This document shows, in pieces, positions 30,601 to 42,143 of a stretch of 64,000 bases of DNA; the first letter of the stretch is position 1; each line of letters starts with the position of its first letter. The stretch is taken from assembly GCA_963843555.1 (NCBI GenBank), contig CAWJKV010000005.1, positions 32,001-96,000 on the forward strand. Direction: 5' to 3'. The notes under the pieces are model-generated. The model searched no databases. It saw only the letters and a program-made list of their open reading frames with translations, and had not been told where the DNA came from. A program made the position numbers and the translations under genes. The DNA is from an uncultured Methanosarcinales archaeon. Its GTDB lineage: Archaea; Halobacteriota; Methanosarcinia; Methanotrichales; Methanotrichaceae.

Positions 30601-32055
30601 TTGACACCGATCGCGCTTCTGGCGCTAGCATTGGTACTCTTCAATTCCGCTCTATTTGTTGAGGCATCGGCAAGCACGATCCAGGCAGGCGAGGATATCC
30701 AGAAGGCCATAAGCTCAGCCCAGGCAGGAGACATAATAATAGTGGGCCCGGGGGACCAGGGCACCTTCGATGTGGACCGGCCCCTGACGATTGTGGGGCA
30801 GGGCGGGCCGGTAATCCGCGCCTCTATGCAGACACCTGCCATAAGAGTAAACAGCGATGGCGTTACCATCTCCGGATTCAGCATACTTGGTGTGGGCAAG
30901 GACACCAATGCCAAGTTCAATTACTACATGCAAAATCCCCTGGCTGCAGCAGGAAAGCGTCTCGACGAGCCCAATGCCGCCATAGTTGTCCGCGGCAACG
31001 ACTTCCGGCTTCTAAACTCCACGGTATTTGGAGCGCAGGTAGGTGTACTTGCTGAGAACGCCTATAATCTCACCCTTCAGAATACCACCCTGGAAGGCTG
31101 CGATATAGGCGCGTATCTTGTGGGCTGCATCGCCCCCAGAGCGGACAACTGTAAAATTACCAATTGCAAAAAATACGGCCTTGATATCGAACAGTCTCGC
31201 GATATGATGCTTACAAATAACAGCATTCTAAATAACACTAATGGCGGAATCCTATTGAAAGGGTCAGACGGTGGCATAGTTCAGGATAACGTATTCTCCA
31301 TGAACACCTTCGGAATCTCCCTCTGGAATGCCTCCTACAACCAGTTAAAACGGAACAGGGCCGATCATAATTACTATGGATTCCTGGTAACATCCTGGTC
31401 GAACTACAACAATATCACAGATAATCTGGCTCTGGATAACAGCAGAAGCGAGATCATAACGGGCTTTGGCATCGGCTTCAGCCTGCAAGAGAACAGCAGC
31501 TATAACGTGATGATCAGAAACACTGCTATGAGGAACTTCAACGGCCTGGAGGTCTCCAAAGGCTGCCAGTTCAATGCCGTCTACGACAACAATGCTTCGG
31601 AAAATAAGCACGGCATAAGGCTCAATGAGAACCGGAATAACCTCATCTTCGGCAACAACTTCTATAATAATGATATCAATGCTTATGAGAATACCAGCCT
31701 CAATGTCTGGAACACCACTCTCGGCAACTATTACAGTGACTACCGAGGCAAGGACGAGAATGGCGACGGCATCGGCGATCAGCCTTATTCCCTGCCGGGC
31801 CCCGAATCGAAGTCCTTCGATCACAGGCCCCTGATCCGTCCCAACCTCGAGGGAGATCTGGGATTTTCGGCGCTCAGAGAAGAAGCCAGGAAATATGCCA
31901 TATTTGGACCGGCCGCTGAAGAGATCCCTCTCACGAGAAAGGTGAATGGAGTATTGGTGATATCCAGAGGCCTGCCCGGCACCCCGCCCAAATGGCCGGA
32001 ATCAAGACCTCTGGATGTGACTATTCCGCCGTTCCAGAAGGATTCTGATTTCTAA
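30601..32055 (+). CDS. Secreted NosD/CASH beta-helix protein
   Basis: Signal peptide; IQKAISSAQAGD.I.VGPG; Asn-rich repeats; GNYYSDYRGKDENGDGIGDQPY; TTG start inferred. Confidence 0.85.
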   Translation: MTPIALLALALVLFNSALFVEASASTIQAGEDIQKAISSAQAGDIIIVGPGDQGTFDVDRPLTIVGQGGPVIRASMQTPAIRVNSDGVTISGFSILGVGKDTNAKFNYYMQNPLAAAGKRLDEPNAAIVVRGNDFRLLNSTVFGAQVGVLAENAYNLTLQNTTLEGCDIGAYLVGCIAPRADNCKITNCKKYGLDIEQSRDMMLTNNSILNNTNGGILLKGSDGGIVQDNVFSMNTFGISLWNASYNQLKRNRADHNYYGFLVTSWSNYNNITDNLALDNSRSEIITGFGIGFSLQENSSYNVMIRNTAMRNFNGLEVSKGCQFNAVYDNNASENKHGIRLNENRNNLIFGNNFYNNDINAYENTSLNVWNTTLGNYYSDYRGKDENGDGIGDQPYSLPGPESKSFDHRPLIRPNLEGDLGFSALREEARKYAIFGPAAEEIPLTRKVNGVLVISRGLPGTPPKWPESRPLDVTIPPFQKDSDF

Positions 32056-33111
32056 ATGACTCTTCAACAGGAAGGCGCCATCACCTTCGAGACCGAGGGA
32101 GCCTTTTACAATCCCAAGATGATGCTCAATCGAGATATCGGCGTGGCTATGGCCCGGGCACTGAGCCTGACAGAGTATCTGGATGCCCTATCTGCCAGCG
32201 GAATTCGCGGTCTGCGGGTGGCGAGAGAGGCGGGCGTAGAGAGAGTGACATTGAACGACTTTAGCCCCCAGGCCTACCAGCTTATACTGAAAAATGTGGC
32301 CAGAAATGATCTCTGCTGCACAGTCACCGAACGAAACGCCAATGTTCTCCTGCATGAGCAGCACTTTCAAGCCGTGGATCTTGACCCATTCGGCTCGCCA
32401 TCATCCTACCTTCCTGCTGCCAGCAGATCAGCCCAATCCTATCTATTCATTACCGCCACAGACACGGCGCCTCTTTGCGGCGCTCATCTCAAGAGTGGTA
32501 TTCGCAAGTATATGACAGTGCCTTTGCGCACAGACTATCACCGGGAGATGGGGGCCAGAGTCCTCCTCGGCCTGGCGGCGCGGGAATTGGCGCGGCTGGA
32601 TAAGAGCCCGGCCCCCATGCTCACCCACGTTACAGACCATTATGTGCGCACTTACCTTCGCGTGATCAAGGGCGCAAGAGCTGCGGACAAATGTTTGGAG
32701 TCCCTGGGATATGTCGAGCACTGCCGGAGCTGCGGCGGCTTTGCTCTGCTCAATGATCCACATCCAACGGGCACATGCGGCCACTGTGGTGGCAAGACCA
32801 CATTGGCCGGACCCCTGTGGCTGGGCAGGATACAGGAGCCGGATGCTATCCATAACGCCCTAGCCGGGCCTGGCTTGAGCCGGAGAGCCGAAAAGCTCCT
32901 CTGCGCCTGCGCGAGGGAGGTGGAGGCACCCATGTACTATGACCATCATAGTATCTGCGAGAGGCTAAACATCACTCCAGGCAAGATAGACGATGTCGTG
33001 CAAAGGCTGCAACGGGCGGGCCGTCAAGCTTCCCGCACACATTTCAATGGACTGGGCATAAAGACCGACGCCGCTATCCGTGAGGTAGAAGAGGCTGTGA
33101 AGCTAGCTTGA
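32056..33111 (+). CDS. trm1: tRNA (guanine-26 N2)-dimethyltransferase Trm1
   Basis: FYNPKM..NRDI, DALSASGIRGLR, DLDPFGSP, TATDTAPLCG, GPLWLG, SRTHF. Confidence 0.95.
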   Translation: MTLQQEGAITFETEGAFYNPKMMLNRDIGVAMARALSLTEYLDALSASGIRGLRVAREAGVERVTLNDFSPQAYQLILKNVARNDLCCTVTERNANVLLHEQHFQAVDLDPFGSPSSYLPAASRSAQSYLFITATDTAPLCGAHLKSGIRKYMTVPLRTDYHREMGARVLLGLAARELARLDKSPAPMLTHVTDHYVRTYLRVIKGARAADKCLESLGYVEHCRSCGGFALLNDPHPTGTCGHCGGKTTLAGPLWLGRIQEPDAIHNALAGPGLSRRAEKLLCACAREVEAPMYYDHHSICERLNITPGKIDDVVQRLQRAGRQASRTHFNGLGIKTDAAIREVEEAVKLA

Positions 33112-33401
33112 TTTTTAAAAGATTATAAAAAAGTCGGATCTGTTTTCCACCTAAAACTTAATAAAGGAGAAGAGACCTAATAGTGATAGCTGCATTATGA
33201 TAGGATAATGCAGAAGATCGCGGCACGAGGTGACGTTTATTACCCCCTTCATTGCTACTCCCTTTCGCATCTCGTGCCATCCCTTGTTACATTTTAGCGA
33301 ATCAATAAAATGCAATTGACGTCTCTTCGTGATACCGTCCAACCCTATTCCAGACTAATTGGCGCAAAACGGTAAAATAATGGTGAGATAATGCCCCTGG
33401 C

Positions 33402-34058
33402 ATGAAGATTGCCCTAGTTGGCGGTACCGGCGATATTGGGACCGGCTTTGCCGTGCGCTTTATGCAAAATCATGAGATCATAATAGGATCACGTAAAATT
33501 GATAAGGCCAAGGAAAGTGCCGCTGCAGTTATGCAACTTCCCGACGCAAAGGGAAATGTCTGGGGCACTGATAACGGCAGCGCAGTTGCCGCGGCGGATG
33601 TCGTCTTGCTTTGCGTGCCCTATGAAAATCTGAATTCAGTGACCTCGGATCTGCTGGCCTCGTACAACAGTCAGCTCGTCATTTCTCCCGTGGTTCCCAT
33701 GAGCTACAACGGCAAGTTCTTCCAGTTCAATCCCCCGGCTGAAGGCAGCGCTGCCATGCAGGTGAAGTCGCTGCTTCCGGAAGGCATGAGAATCGTCTCT
33801 GCTTTTCATACCATCTGCGCCGCGGCTCTGCAGGCCAGGGACCGGGTGCTGAAAGCCGATGTTCTTATCTGCGGCGACGATGCCGAGGCCATAGACATTG
33901 CTGTGGGCTTGACAGGGGAGATTAAGAGCCTGCGGCCGCTGAGAGCGGGTCCACTGGCAACTTCAGCCCTGGTGGAAAGCCTGACACCCATGCTACTCAA
34001 TGTGGCCCGCAGAAACAAGATAAAGAATGCCGGCATAACCATAGTATCTGAGAGTTAG
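33402..34058 (+). CDS. npdG: NADPH-dependent F420 reductase
   Basis: MKIALVGGTGDIG.G, IIGSR, GSAA, VSAFH, DVLICGDD, VESLTP.L. Confidence 0.92.
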   Translation: MKIALVGGTGDIGTGFAVRFMQNHEIIIGSRKIDKAKESAAAVMQLPDAKGNVWGTDNGSAVAAADVVLLCVPYENLNSVTSDLLASYNSQLVISPVVPMSYNGKFFQFNPPAEGSAAMQVKSLLPEGMRIVSAFHTICAAALQARDRVLKADVLICGDDAEAIDIAVGLTGEIKSLRPLRAGPLATSALVESLTPMLLNVARRNKIKNAGITIVSES

Positions 34059-34077
34059 CCTGGTACGTTGATCATTT

Positions 34078-35307
34078 TTATATGAGAATTTTAGATATTA
34101 TCTCATTCAGAATCTCCATCGCCAGGCTCCACAGCTCCCCCAGTTGGATTAGCCCTGCCCTCTGAAAGATGATACCAGCAACGATAACCCCGGCTACGGC
34201 ACCCAAATTCGACAGCGTCGTCACCAGGATGACCTTGCCGAAGCGGTTTTGCCTCATCTCCCCAAAGTTATCCGATAGAGCCAGGCGCTTCAGATCCGCC
34301 ACGGTTGGCTTGATCTTCCAGGCTTCGACCATCCCGGCAAACCAGCCTGCGGCTATGAAGGGAATGAGAGTCGTCATCCAGGCCACCGCGAGTGCAGTCA
34401 GCGCAGAGAGGGGATGGCCCCGGGCCAGGACCACGCCTAAAGCAGATAGCCCTCCAGTGGCAACAACCCATATGGCAATGACCAAAAGACCGTTCTGGCT
34501 CTCTTGGGCCGCGACCAGAACCAGGCAGACGATCGCCAGGACGATCAGGCTCACAAGCACACCCAATACCCTGAAGAGGGTGATTCTCTTCTTAGGTCGC
34601 TCTATCAAGCCTTCCATGGCTGGAATATCTTCAGGATGCGCCAGATGGTGGGCTATGCCCTCTCTATGACCTGCCCCCACAACCGCAAGCACTCGTCCCT
34701 GTTTAGAGAGCAGAATCAGGTTCCGGGCCAGGAAGGCGTCGCGCTCATCGATGAGTGCATTCGCGGCTCCCGGAGAGATCTTGCGAAACTCGCCGATCAT
34801 CTGGGAGACTATATCTTCTTGAGTGATGCTATCGATATCAATCTCTTCTTTACCACCCCAGCCGATGGCCGCCGGGATCAAGGAACCGGCCAGCTTGACC
34901 TTACCCCAAAATCCCATAGCCGACCAGAAACGTTGAATGGTTATGCCCACGTCCCTGTCCACGAGTGCCACGCGCGCGCCCGTTCTCTTCGCCGTCTCGA
35001 TGGCCGCCAGCATCTCTGAACCCGGCTTGACCCCCATCTCATTGCCGATCTTTCGCTGGATATAAGCAAGGAGCAACTGCACCAGGAAGAAAGAGAGCTT
35101 TCCGCCGCTCAAGAGCTCGCTGATCTTGATCTCTTTCTCCTCTTCCTGGCCAGTCAGCGCCCTGTAGCGGGCAGGACATAGCTCCACGGCCACGATATCG
35201 GGCCGAACCTCCTCTATCTTGCTGACTACCTCCTGGACGCTCTTCTCAGAGACATGAGCCGTTCCTACTATGACGATCTCATGGGATTCGCCTTCGGTCA
35301 GGTTCAA
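34078..35307 (-). CDS. TraB/PrgY family protein
   Basis: VGTAHVS, VAVELC..R, KPGSEM, DRDV.IT, LIDERD, VVGAGH; C-terminal TM helices. Confidence 0.92.
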   Translation of the reverse strand: MNLTEGESHEIVIVGTAHVSEKSVQEVVSKIEEVRPDIVAVELCPARYRALTGQEEEKEIKISELLSGGKLSFFLVQLLLAYIQRKIGNEMGVKPGSEMLAAIETAKRTGARVALVDRDVGITIQRFWSAMGFWGKVKLAGSLIPAAIGWGGKEEIDIDSITQEDIVSQMIGEFRKISPGAANALIDERDAFLARNLILLSKQGRVLAVVGAGHREGIAHHLAHPEDIPAMEGLIERPKKRITLFRVLGVLVSLIVLAIVCLVLVAAQESQNGLLVIAIWVVATGGLSALGVVLARGHPLSALTALAVAWMTTLIPFIAAGWFAGMVEAWKIKPTVADLKRLALSDNFGEMRQNRFGKVILVTTLSNLGAVAGVIVAGIIFQRAGLIQLGELWSLAMEILNEIISKILI

Positions 35308-35382
35308 TTGCGCCTTCGGACTCCACTATCTGGCAGGGAAGCACTGCTTCAACTTTATTTTCTTCCAAGTTCTCCAAATCGA

Positions 35383-36490
35383 TTACCTCTTAAAATCCTG
35401 CCCGGAGCTTAGCTCAATGGCCCTGACCAGGTCCTCCCTGGAGACAATGCCCACCAGCCGGCCGTTGTCCATCACAGGCAATCGGCGAATTTGCATATCG
35501 TTCATCATCTTCATGGCAGTTGATGCCTCATCCAGAGGGGCGATCACATATAACTTTCTTGCCATCACCTTTTCGACGCTGGTGCTGGAAAGCAGCTCAT
35601 CCGGAACGCTCTGCAGGTTGGTTAAGGTTACAATTCCGAGCATTTCATCTCCAGACATGACTGGATAGCCTCTATGCTTTTCCAGGAACATCAGTTCCTT
35701 CAGCTCCTGGAGTGTCGTATCGGGGGCCACGGTGCGCACCTCAGGGGACATGATGTTTTTGACTTTTATGCCCTCCAGGCTGACACTGATCTCCGTCGCT
35801 TTCTCCTCTTCCGAAGCTCCGACGTAGACGAAGAACGCCACAAAGAGAAGCATGAAGTTGAAGGAGAACAGGCCGAGCACAAACATCAGTATCGCGAACA
35901 TCTTTCCAATACCGGCCGCATTCCTGGTAGCTCTTATGTACGGCATGCGGGTGGCAAACCAGGCCCGCAAGAGCCGGCCGCCGTCCATGGGAAAGGCAGG
36001 GATGAGATTGAAGATCATGAGGATGAGGTTCATGAGGCCCAGGGTCCAGAGAATGATGGCCGCAGCACTGCCATCTCTGAGCAGGGAGGCCAATAGAACA
36101 GAGACCAATCCTATGACGCCGCTGACCGCCGGCCCGGCAAAAGCCATCTGCAGCTCCAGGCGGGGATTGCGGGGGATCTCCTCTAAAGCGGAGACTCCGC
36201 CGAAGAAGTAGAGCGTTATGCTCTTTATCTCTATGCCGTTCTTGCGAGCGATATAGGAATGGCCCAGCTCATGCAGAGCTACGCAGGCGAAGAGCACTAC
36301 GGCAAAGACCAGAGAATAGGTCCATCTGAGGCTGACGGGCTCAATGCTTCCTAAACCATATGTCCTGCCCAGAGACCTGCTGGTTGATAGAGGCAAAGGC
36401 CCAGGCAAATAAAGGGATGACCAGGAGAAAAGTCCAGTGCAGCCGGACGGGTATTCCCATGATCTTACCCAATTGCAGAGAGGAATTCAT
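35383..36490 (-). CDS. Site-2 (M50) metalloprotease with CBS pair (frameshift near 5' end)
   Basis: Start MNSSLQLGKIMGIPVRLHWTF at 36490; HELGH, AGP, FNLIPAFPMDGGR; two CBS domains. Confidence 0.92.
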
Positions 36491-36914
36491 TCTTTAGCTT
36501 TAGTGCTCCTGCATTAATAGATCTTTTGATAACTTATCGCCCGAATATCGATCTGCTGGCAAAATGCAATCCTCAATAATTTATTAAGTGAGCGGGTAGG
36601 AGAGTGGGGGTTCAGTGTGGATTTTAAAAACTAGGATTACCCGCTCAAGTCAATGGAGTGGCGATAAAGATATAAATTTTTCCCCTGAAACATTTGAGAT
36701 TTTTACGAGGACAATTTCGCCGCATAAGGGCATCCTTCACAATCAGTGATTAGCGAGGTCGTCCGAAGCACTCCAGACAACCCCGATTTCAGGAAATGGG
36801 CATCTGATCCCACATAAGGCATCTCGATCAGAGGGGACGAATATACATATAGATATATATTTTGAAGATTGAACCAAGTGTAATTCTGAGATATAGTTAA
36901 ATATATAAATATAT

Positions 36915-37514
36915 TTATAAGATATCTTTCTCCTTATTCATTTCCATCCTGGCATTGCTGGGATAGACTCTTACCAGATATCTCACCTGAGAGCTATGCT
37001 CAGCCATACAGGCCGCAGGTAAAGGCCTCGCTTAAATTCATTCCGGAGGCAAATACGCCATGGCCGCGAGCAATACAGGCCTTGTGGCTCTGCAATGCCA
37101 TCGATACAGCTTTAGCAAGACGATCCGATCCAAAATGACCTTCAACAATGGGCATGGCCCCTAAGAAGAGGATGCCTTCGCTGTCAAGGGGTTCTACTGA
37201 ATCACTTTCCAGTAGAGGATAGAGCTACAGCATAGGGAGAGTGAGTGTGGATGAGGGCCTTAATTGAGGTGCTCTGATAGATCGCTCTGTGAACACAAGT
37301 CTCGCTGCTGGCCACCTTATCCCAAGGCGCAGGGACAATTCAGATCCACTTCCACCACATGGGACTCATCCAGCTCGTCCAGCATCGAGCCCGTGCAGGT
37401 GATGGATATCTTCTCCCCCTGACATAAACTGATATTTCCGAACCGAGAGCTTGTAAGGCCCGAGGCCACCACTTTTTTGCCGAACTTCGCAATCTCCTGC
37501 CATGCTACTGACAT
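36915..37514 (-). CDS. Class II aldolase/adducin family protein (frameshift near 37320)
   Basis: FGNIS, ITCTGSML; downstream frame ASSETCVHRAIY, IHTHSPYAVA, DSEG, ARGHGVFA. Confidence 0.85.
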
Positions 37515-37521
37515 ACCAGCC

Positions 37522-39398
37522 TCAAGCCTTTTTCCGCAAATGGAAAGGGACCGCCTTTGATTCCACCTCTCCGAATTTTCCCTCTAAATCGACAGCTACC
37601 TGGTAGTCGCCGGGCGTCCAGAAGCTCGTCTCCCAGCGGGCAGAGAAGATACCGTTGCCGTCTAAGTCGTCCATGGGGATCTCGAGCGTTCTGTCCGGAC
37701 CCAGGATGTTTGTGCTTATGGTCTTGATATCGCCAGAGGCGCTCGCTTCGATCATCACCGGCTCGCCTGCAGAGGCATCTTCCCGGTTCAGCTTAATCTC
37801 CTTGAGATCCGGAGGAGATAGCCTCGAGATGAGGCATCAATGCTGGCAAGGGCCCGGGTCAAATTAAGCGCCCCATAGCCGTAGACATTATCCTGCCCGG
37901 ACGGCCCCAGGTCGTCCGCAGTCTTGAGCAGTATCCTCTTCACATCGGCGGGCTCCAGATCAGGCCGGACCTCCAGCAGAACGGCAGAGGCTCCCGAGAC
38001 CTGAGGAACGGCCATAGAGGTGCCGCTCACTGAGCTCTGGCCATTCTTCGATCCCGCCAGGGCCGAGACCACATCCACACCCAGAGTGACCAGATCAGGC
38101 TTGGTCTCGCCTTTGGCAGTAGGCCCGCGTGAAGACAGGTCGAAGATAGAGCCGGAATCGTCTATGGCACCCACCGTTATCACATTCTCGGCATCTCCTG
38201 GAATGACAATGGACGAAGGAGCGGGACCGGAGTTCCCGGCAGCTACGCACATGATAAGTCCCTTTTCGACCATCTTGTCACAGGCGTCATCCAGGAGAGA
38301 CGTTCCATCAGAAGGGTTCTCACCACCGACGCTAAAGGATACCACCTTTATTCCATAACGATCCTTATTTTCCAGGCACCAGTCCAGTGCTTTGAGGGCA
38401 TCGGATAGGTAGCATGCCCCATCCCGGTCCATGACTTTTATTACTACCAGCTTCGCCCCTGGCGCCACTCCCGTCCCCTTCTCCCCAGCAACGAGGCTGG
38501 CGCAATGAGTGCCATGTCCATTGTCATCGTAGGCCGCCGTTTGATTGTTCACGAAGTCCTTGAAGGCCACGATTTTGTCGTTCAAGCTATCGTGATCTGC
38601 ATCTGCTCCGGTATCGATGAGTGCCACAGTCACACCATTTCCGGTACGGCCGCCATTCTTTCTCGGATCATCGATGATTGCCGGCCCGGATGACGATTTG
38701 CTGGAGCCGCTCTCCTGCGATCCCAGCACCTTCAGCTTCTGGTCCTTGTAGATGCCCTTGACACCATCCGTCCTGGCTATCTTCTCCAGCTTGTCTGCCG
38801 GCACAGTTAACGCGCTCCCCGGCAGGATACTGAGGCTATCTTGCTTTGCAGAGGCAACACCCGTCAGGTTGCCGTCATGGAGGACTATTACCTTCAGATC
38901 CCTGGCGCCTTGCTTCTCCAGGCTGTCCTCGATTCCGTTGCCGTTGAGATCATTGGGATCGCGAATAGTTAACTTTCGGGACTCATCCTTTGCAGCATTT
39001 CCGTTTTTGTCGATGGCGATAATTGTCACATTGAAGGTTCCGGGCGGCAAATTGGAACCACAGTAGCCGGTGTATCTGTCATCGTGGTTCAGATCCAGCA
39101 TGAGGTTCATGCGATTGCCTACATCAGCGTAAACCATCTCAATGCCGCCAGTATCATAGACGAAGGCGTTGATCTCGCTTCTGGGAGAGCCGATCTTCAG
39201 CGACGAGGGGCTTACGCTCACGCCATAAATGGACGGCGGCATGCCGTCATCGATGTTTGGCTTGAAGTAGTTGTTATACTCTTTCTGAAACCAGATAGTG
39301 GCCTTGTTATTCTCAAGTGCATTTTGCACGGGAAAAGCTGCCGCACTGCTAACCAGACAGGCCACCAGAACAAAATAGAGCAATAGGCTGGAGTTCAC
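37522..39398 (-). CDS. Secreted subtilisin-like (S8) serine protease with Ig-like domains (frameshift near 37800)
   Basis: Signal peptide; catalytic triad motifs IDTG, HGTH, SGTSMAVPQVSG; AAGNSG. Confidence 0.93.
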
Positions 39399-39444
39399 AC
39401 TTAACTCCAGCTATTAATTTTCAATATTCTTATATTTACTGGTG

Positions 39445-40997
39445 TCAAACGACTTCGATCTCCATGGCATCAGTGAAGGTCTTGTTGAGATTTTCTAGAG
39501 AAGCCACAATGTCGACCTTATAGATCCCGGCCGCGGCATTGGCATTCCAAATTCCTGCAAACTCGTCTCCAGAGATGCGCTTCACTATCACCTTGGACAC
39601 AGGGTCTCCGTTCGAATTCTTTACCATGGCCAGGACTGTGAATCCCTTGTTGGCAGCGCTTTTTTGGGCCTGGGATGAGGAGCCTATCTGTCACCACACC
39701 ACCAGTGCTGCTGAGATCGGCATACCCCTGCGGCGAGCCGAATCCGCAGGTGGCACACCCTTTGATGGTCAGAACGGTCTCGTTGGCGACCTTGGATTGC
39801 TCCGGAGTACCGTTGGTGCTCAGGTTCTTCTCCTTGAAGACAACCGTCATCTGGACGACATCTCCAATCCTGGCCAGGATTGGGCGAAGCCCTCGCTTCC
39901 TGCAGTTCGATGTTGAGCTGCGGCTGATTGGCCTGCCAATCCTGCCAGGAGTAAATTCTGGCATCATAACCGAGGAGCGTCAGGGCAAGCCAGGTCATGG
40001 AGGCCTTGACACCGGTATTGGTGTAGACGACTATGGGCTTATCCTTTGGCAGCGAGGAGAATAGCTTTTGCAGTGCTGCCTCGTCCTTGATCTTTTGCCG
40101 TCCAGGACGCTGTCATAGGGAATATTGACGGCATTCGGTATCGATCCGGCATTGAACTCGGCAGGTGTTCTGGCGTCGACGATCAAAGGCATATTGCTAT
40201 GTACGTACTCGTAAGTGGCCAGGAGATCGGCCTTAATGGATGGATTGTAGCTCTTGGGAGAGAGGACGGCAGGCTCTGTCACTGTGGGTTGCCTTGCCGC
40301 CACCCAGTCGTCTATGCCTCCGTCCAGCAGTTTGACATTCTCATGTCCCAGATACTTCATGATCCAGTAGACATAAGCTGCTGCCGATGGTCCGCCGCCG
40401 CATGGCTGGCATTCGCCGTAAATGAGCACGGCATCACTCTGGGATATTCCCGCATCACCTAAGATGCGAGCCATCTCGGATATCGGCAAGAGAACTCCAT
40501 CCGGATCAAGGAATTTTGTATAAGGGATGTTTATCGCTCCAGGGATATACTCCGTGGAGTTGGGGCTGATATCAAGAATTATCCCTGAATTATTGGCACT
40601 CTCCAGAGGAACCAGGATTGAAGCGCAGCTTCGGGCTTCTCTCGGGCCAGGGTTTGCTATTGGAAGCCACTACATCGGAGGCCGCCCCATGAGATGGGCT
40701 CGAATCTGGTGGGCTTCTATTCGGATTCGTTTATCCGATGCTTTGCCATTATTTTCCGCCTGACGAGCTGACTCGCTGGAGTACTGGGGCGAGATCAGGC
40801 CATTGGCGCTGGTTATTACTCCGGCGTAGTGGCATTCTCATCCCCCATAAACACTGCCCACTCGGAATTCAGCACGTCCTGTTGAGCAGTGGCAGATCCG
40901 CCCTGGCAGGCGCTGCATTCTCCGTTAGCGCTGGAGACCAGAGCGACGAAACTGCAACTAACATCAGGGCAATGCCAGCGGTTCTAATTATCTTCAT
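39445..40997 (-). CDS. Secreted tandem rhodanese-like protein 2 with three CxxC motifs (multiple frameshifts)
   Basis: Reassembled frames: signal peptide, ECSAC, IPGAINIPY, YGECQPCGGGPS, LLDGG, IVDAR, VVYTNTGVKAS, C-terminal domain with GCATC. Confidence 0.8.
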
Positions 40998-42143
40998 GCT
41001 TTTGCCTCATTCTCATTTCAAGCTGTATTATTGCCTGCATTGGACTGGCTTTCAGCCATCTGATTATACGATAGTCCTCGTAGCTGTAGAGCTTGGCATC
41101 ATAGCCAAGAAGCTCCAGCGCAAACCAGACCACAGATGCTTTGATGCCCGTATTGTCGTAGACTACCACCGGTTGGTTCTTATTCAGGATGTTGAATACC
41201 CGGGCAAGTTTGGTTTCATCCTTGATCCTGCTATTGCTGATAACGCTCTCGTAGGGATGTTGATCGATCCCGGTATGGAGCCAGCCCCAAACTCCTGCAC
41301 AGTTCTTGCGTCTATTATCTGCGCGGACCCGCTCTTCACGTAATCGTAGGTGGCAATTAAATCAGGTGTGAACTGTGCCGTATAGTTTCTGGATGGCTTT
41401 ATGACCGTCTCTTTGCTGACAGGCTTTCCGGCGGTTGGCCCAATTTGTCACTGTTCCGTCCATCACCCGAACGTTCTCCTGGCCCAGAGATTTCAGCATC
41501 CAGTAAACATAAGTCGCCGGACTTGGCCCTCCGCCGCAAGGCAGGCATTCACCATAGACGACCACGGGATCTGTGCGGGATATTCCTGCGTTACCCAGTA
41601 TCCTGGAGATCTCTGGAACTGACAACAAGCTTCCGTTATTCATGAAATGGGTGTAAGGGATGACAATCGATCCCGGAATGTGTTCCGTAGCGTTCTCGCT
41701 GATGTCCAGCAAGATATCGGTACCAGAGACATCCACCATGGGAACCAGCATACCCTTGGCCCCGGTGCTCCGCACGATGGTGTCATTCTCCGGGACGGGT
41801 TTGCTTTTCACCACGATCTTTGCTGCGATGGTCTTCACGGAAACGTTGCTCTTCCGAGGCTGATTGGTCTCATCAGTTGCATTGTCACCGGCAAATCCGG
41901 CCAGGGGTTGTTTCCATATACCCACTCGATTCTTCTGAGCCGTGCTCAGACCTGACATGACTTCAGTCGTTGCAGCGTTGGGGTTACCGATCTGATCAAG
42001 CGCTTTTGCTCCCGACCAACCGGAGTCGCCTGCACATGCGTTACAGATAAGCTTCGGCCCCCAATGCAGCATTTGCCAGCATCAATAACGCTATAAGTGC
42101 TACTATGCCCGCTCCTGCCGAACCATGATCTAAATATTGTCAT
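40984..42143 (-). CDS. Secreted tandem rhodanese-like protein 1 with two CxxC motifs (multiple frameshifts)
   Basis: Signal peptide, ICNAC, HIPGSIVIPY, YGECLPCGGGPS, IIDAR, VVYDNTGIKAS; paralog of the downstream gene. Confidence 0.8.

Noticed and set aside
39445..42143. Selenocysteine or pyrrolysine read-through in the rhodanese-like genes
   Set aside because: The breaks I traced are resolved by frame changes, not by in-frame TGA/TAG codons at catalytic positions.
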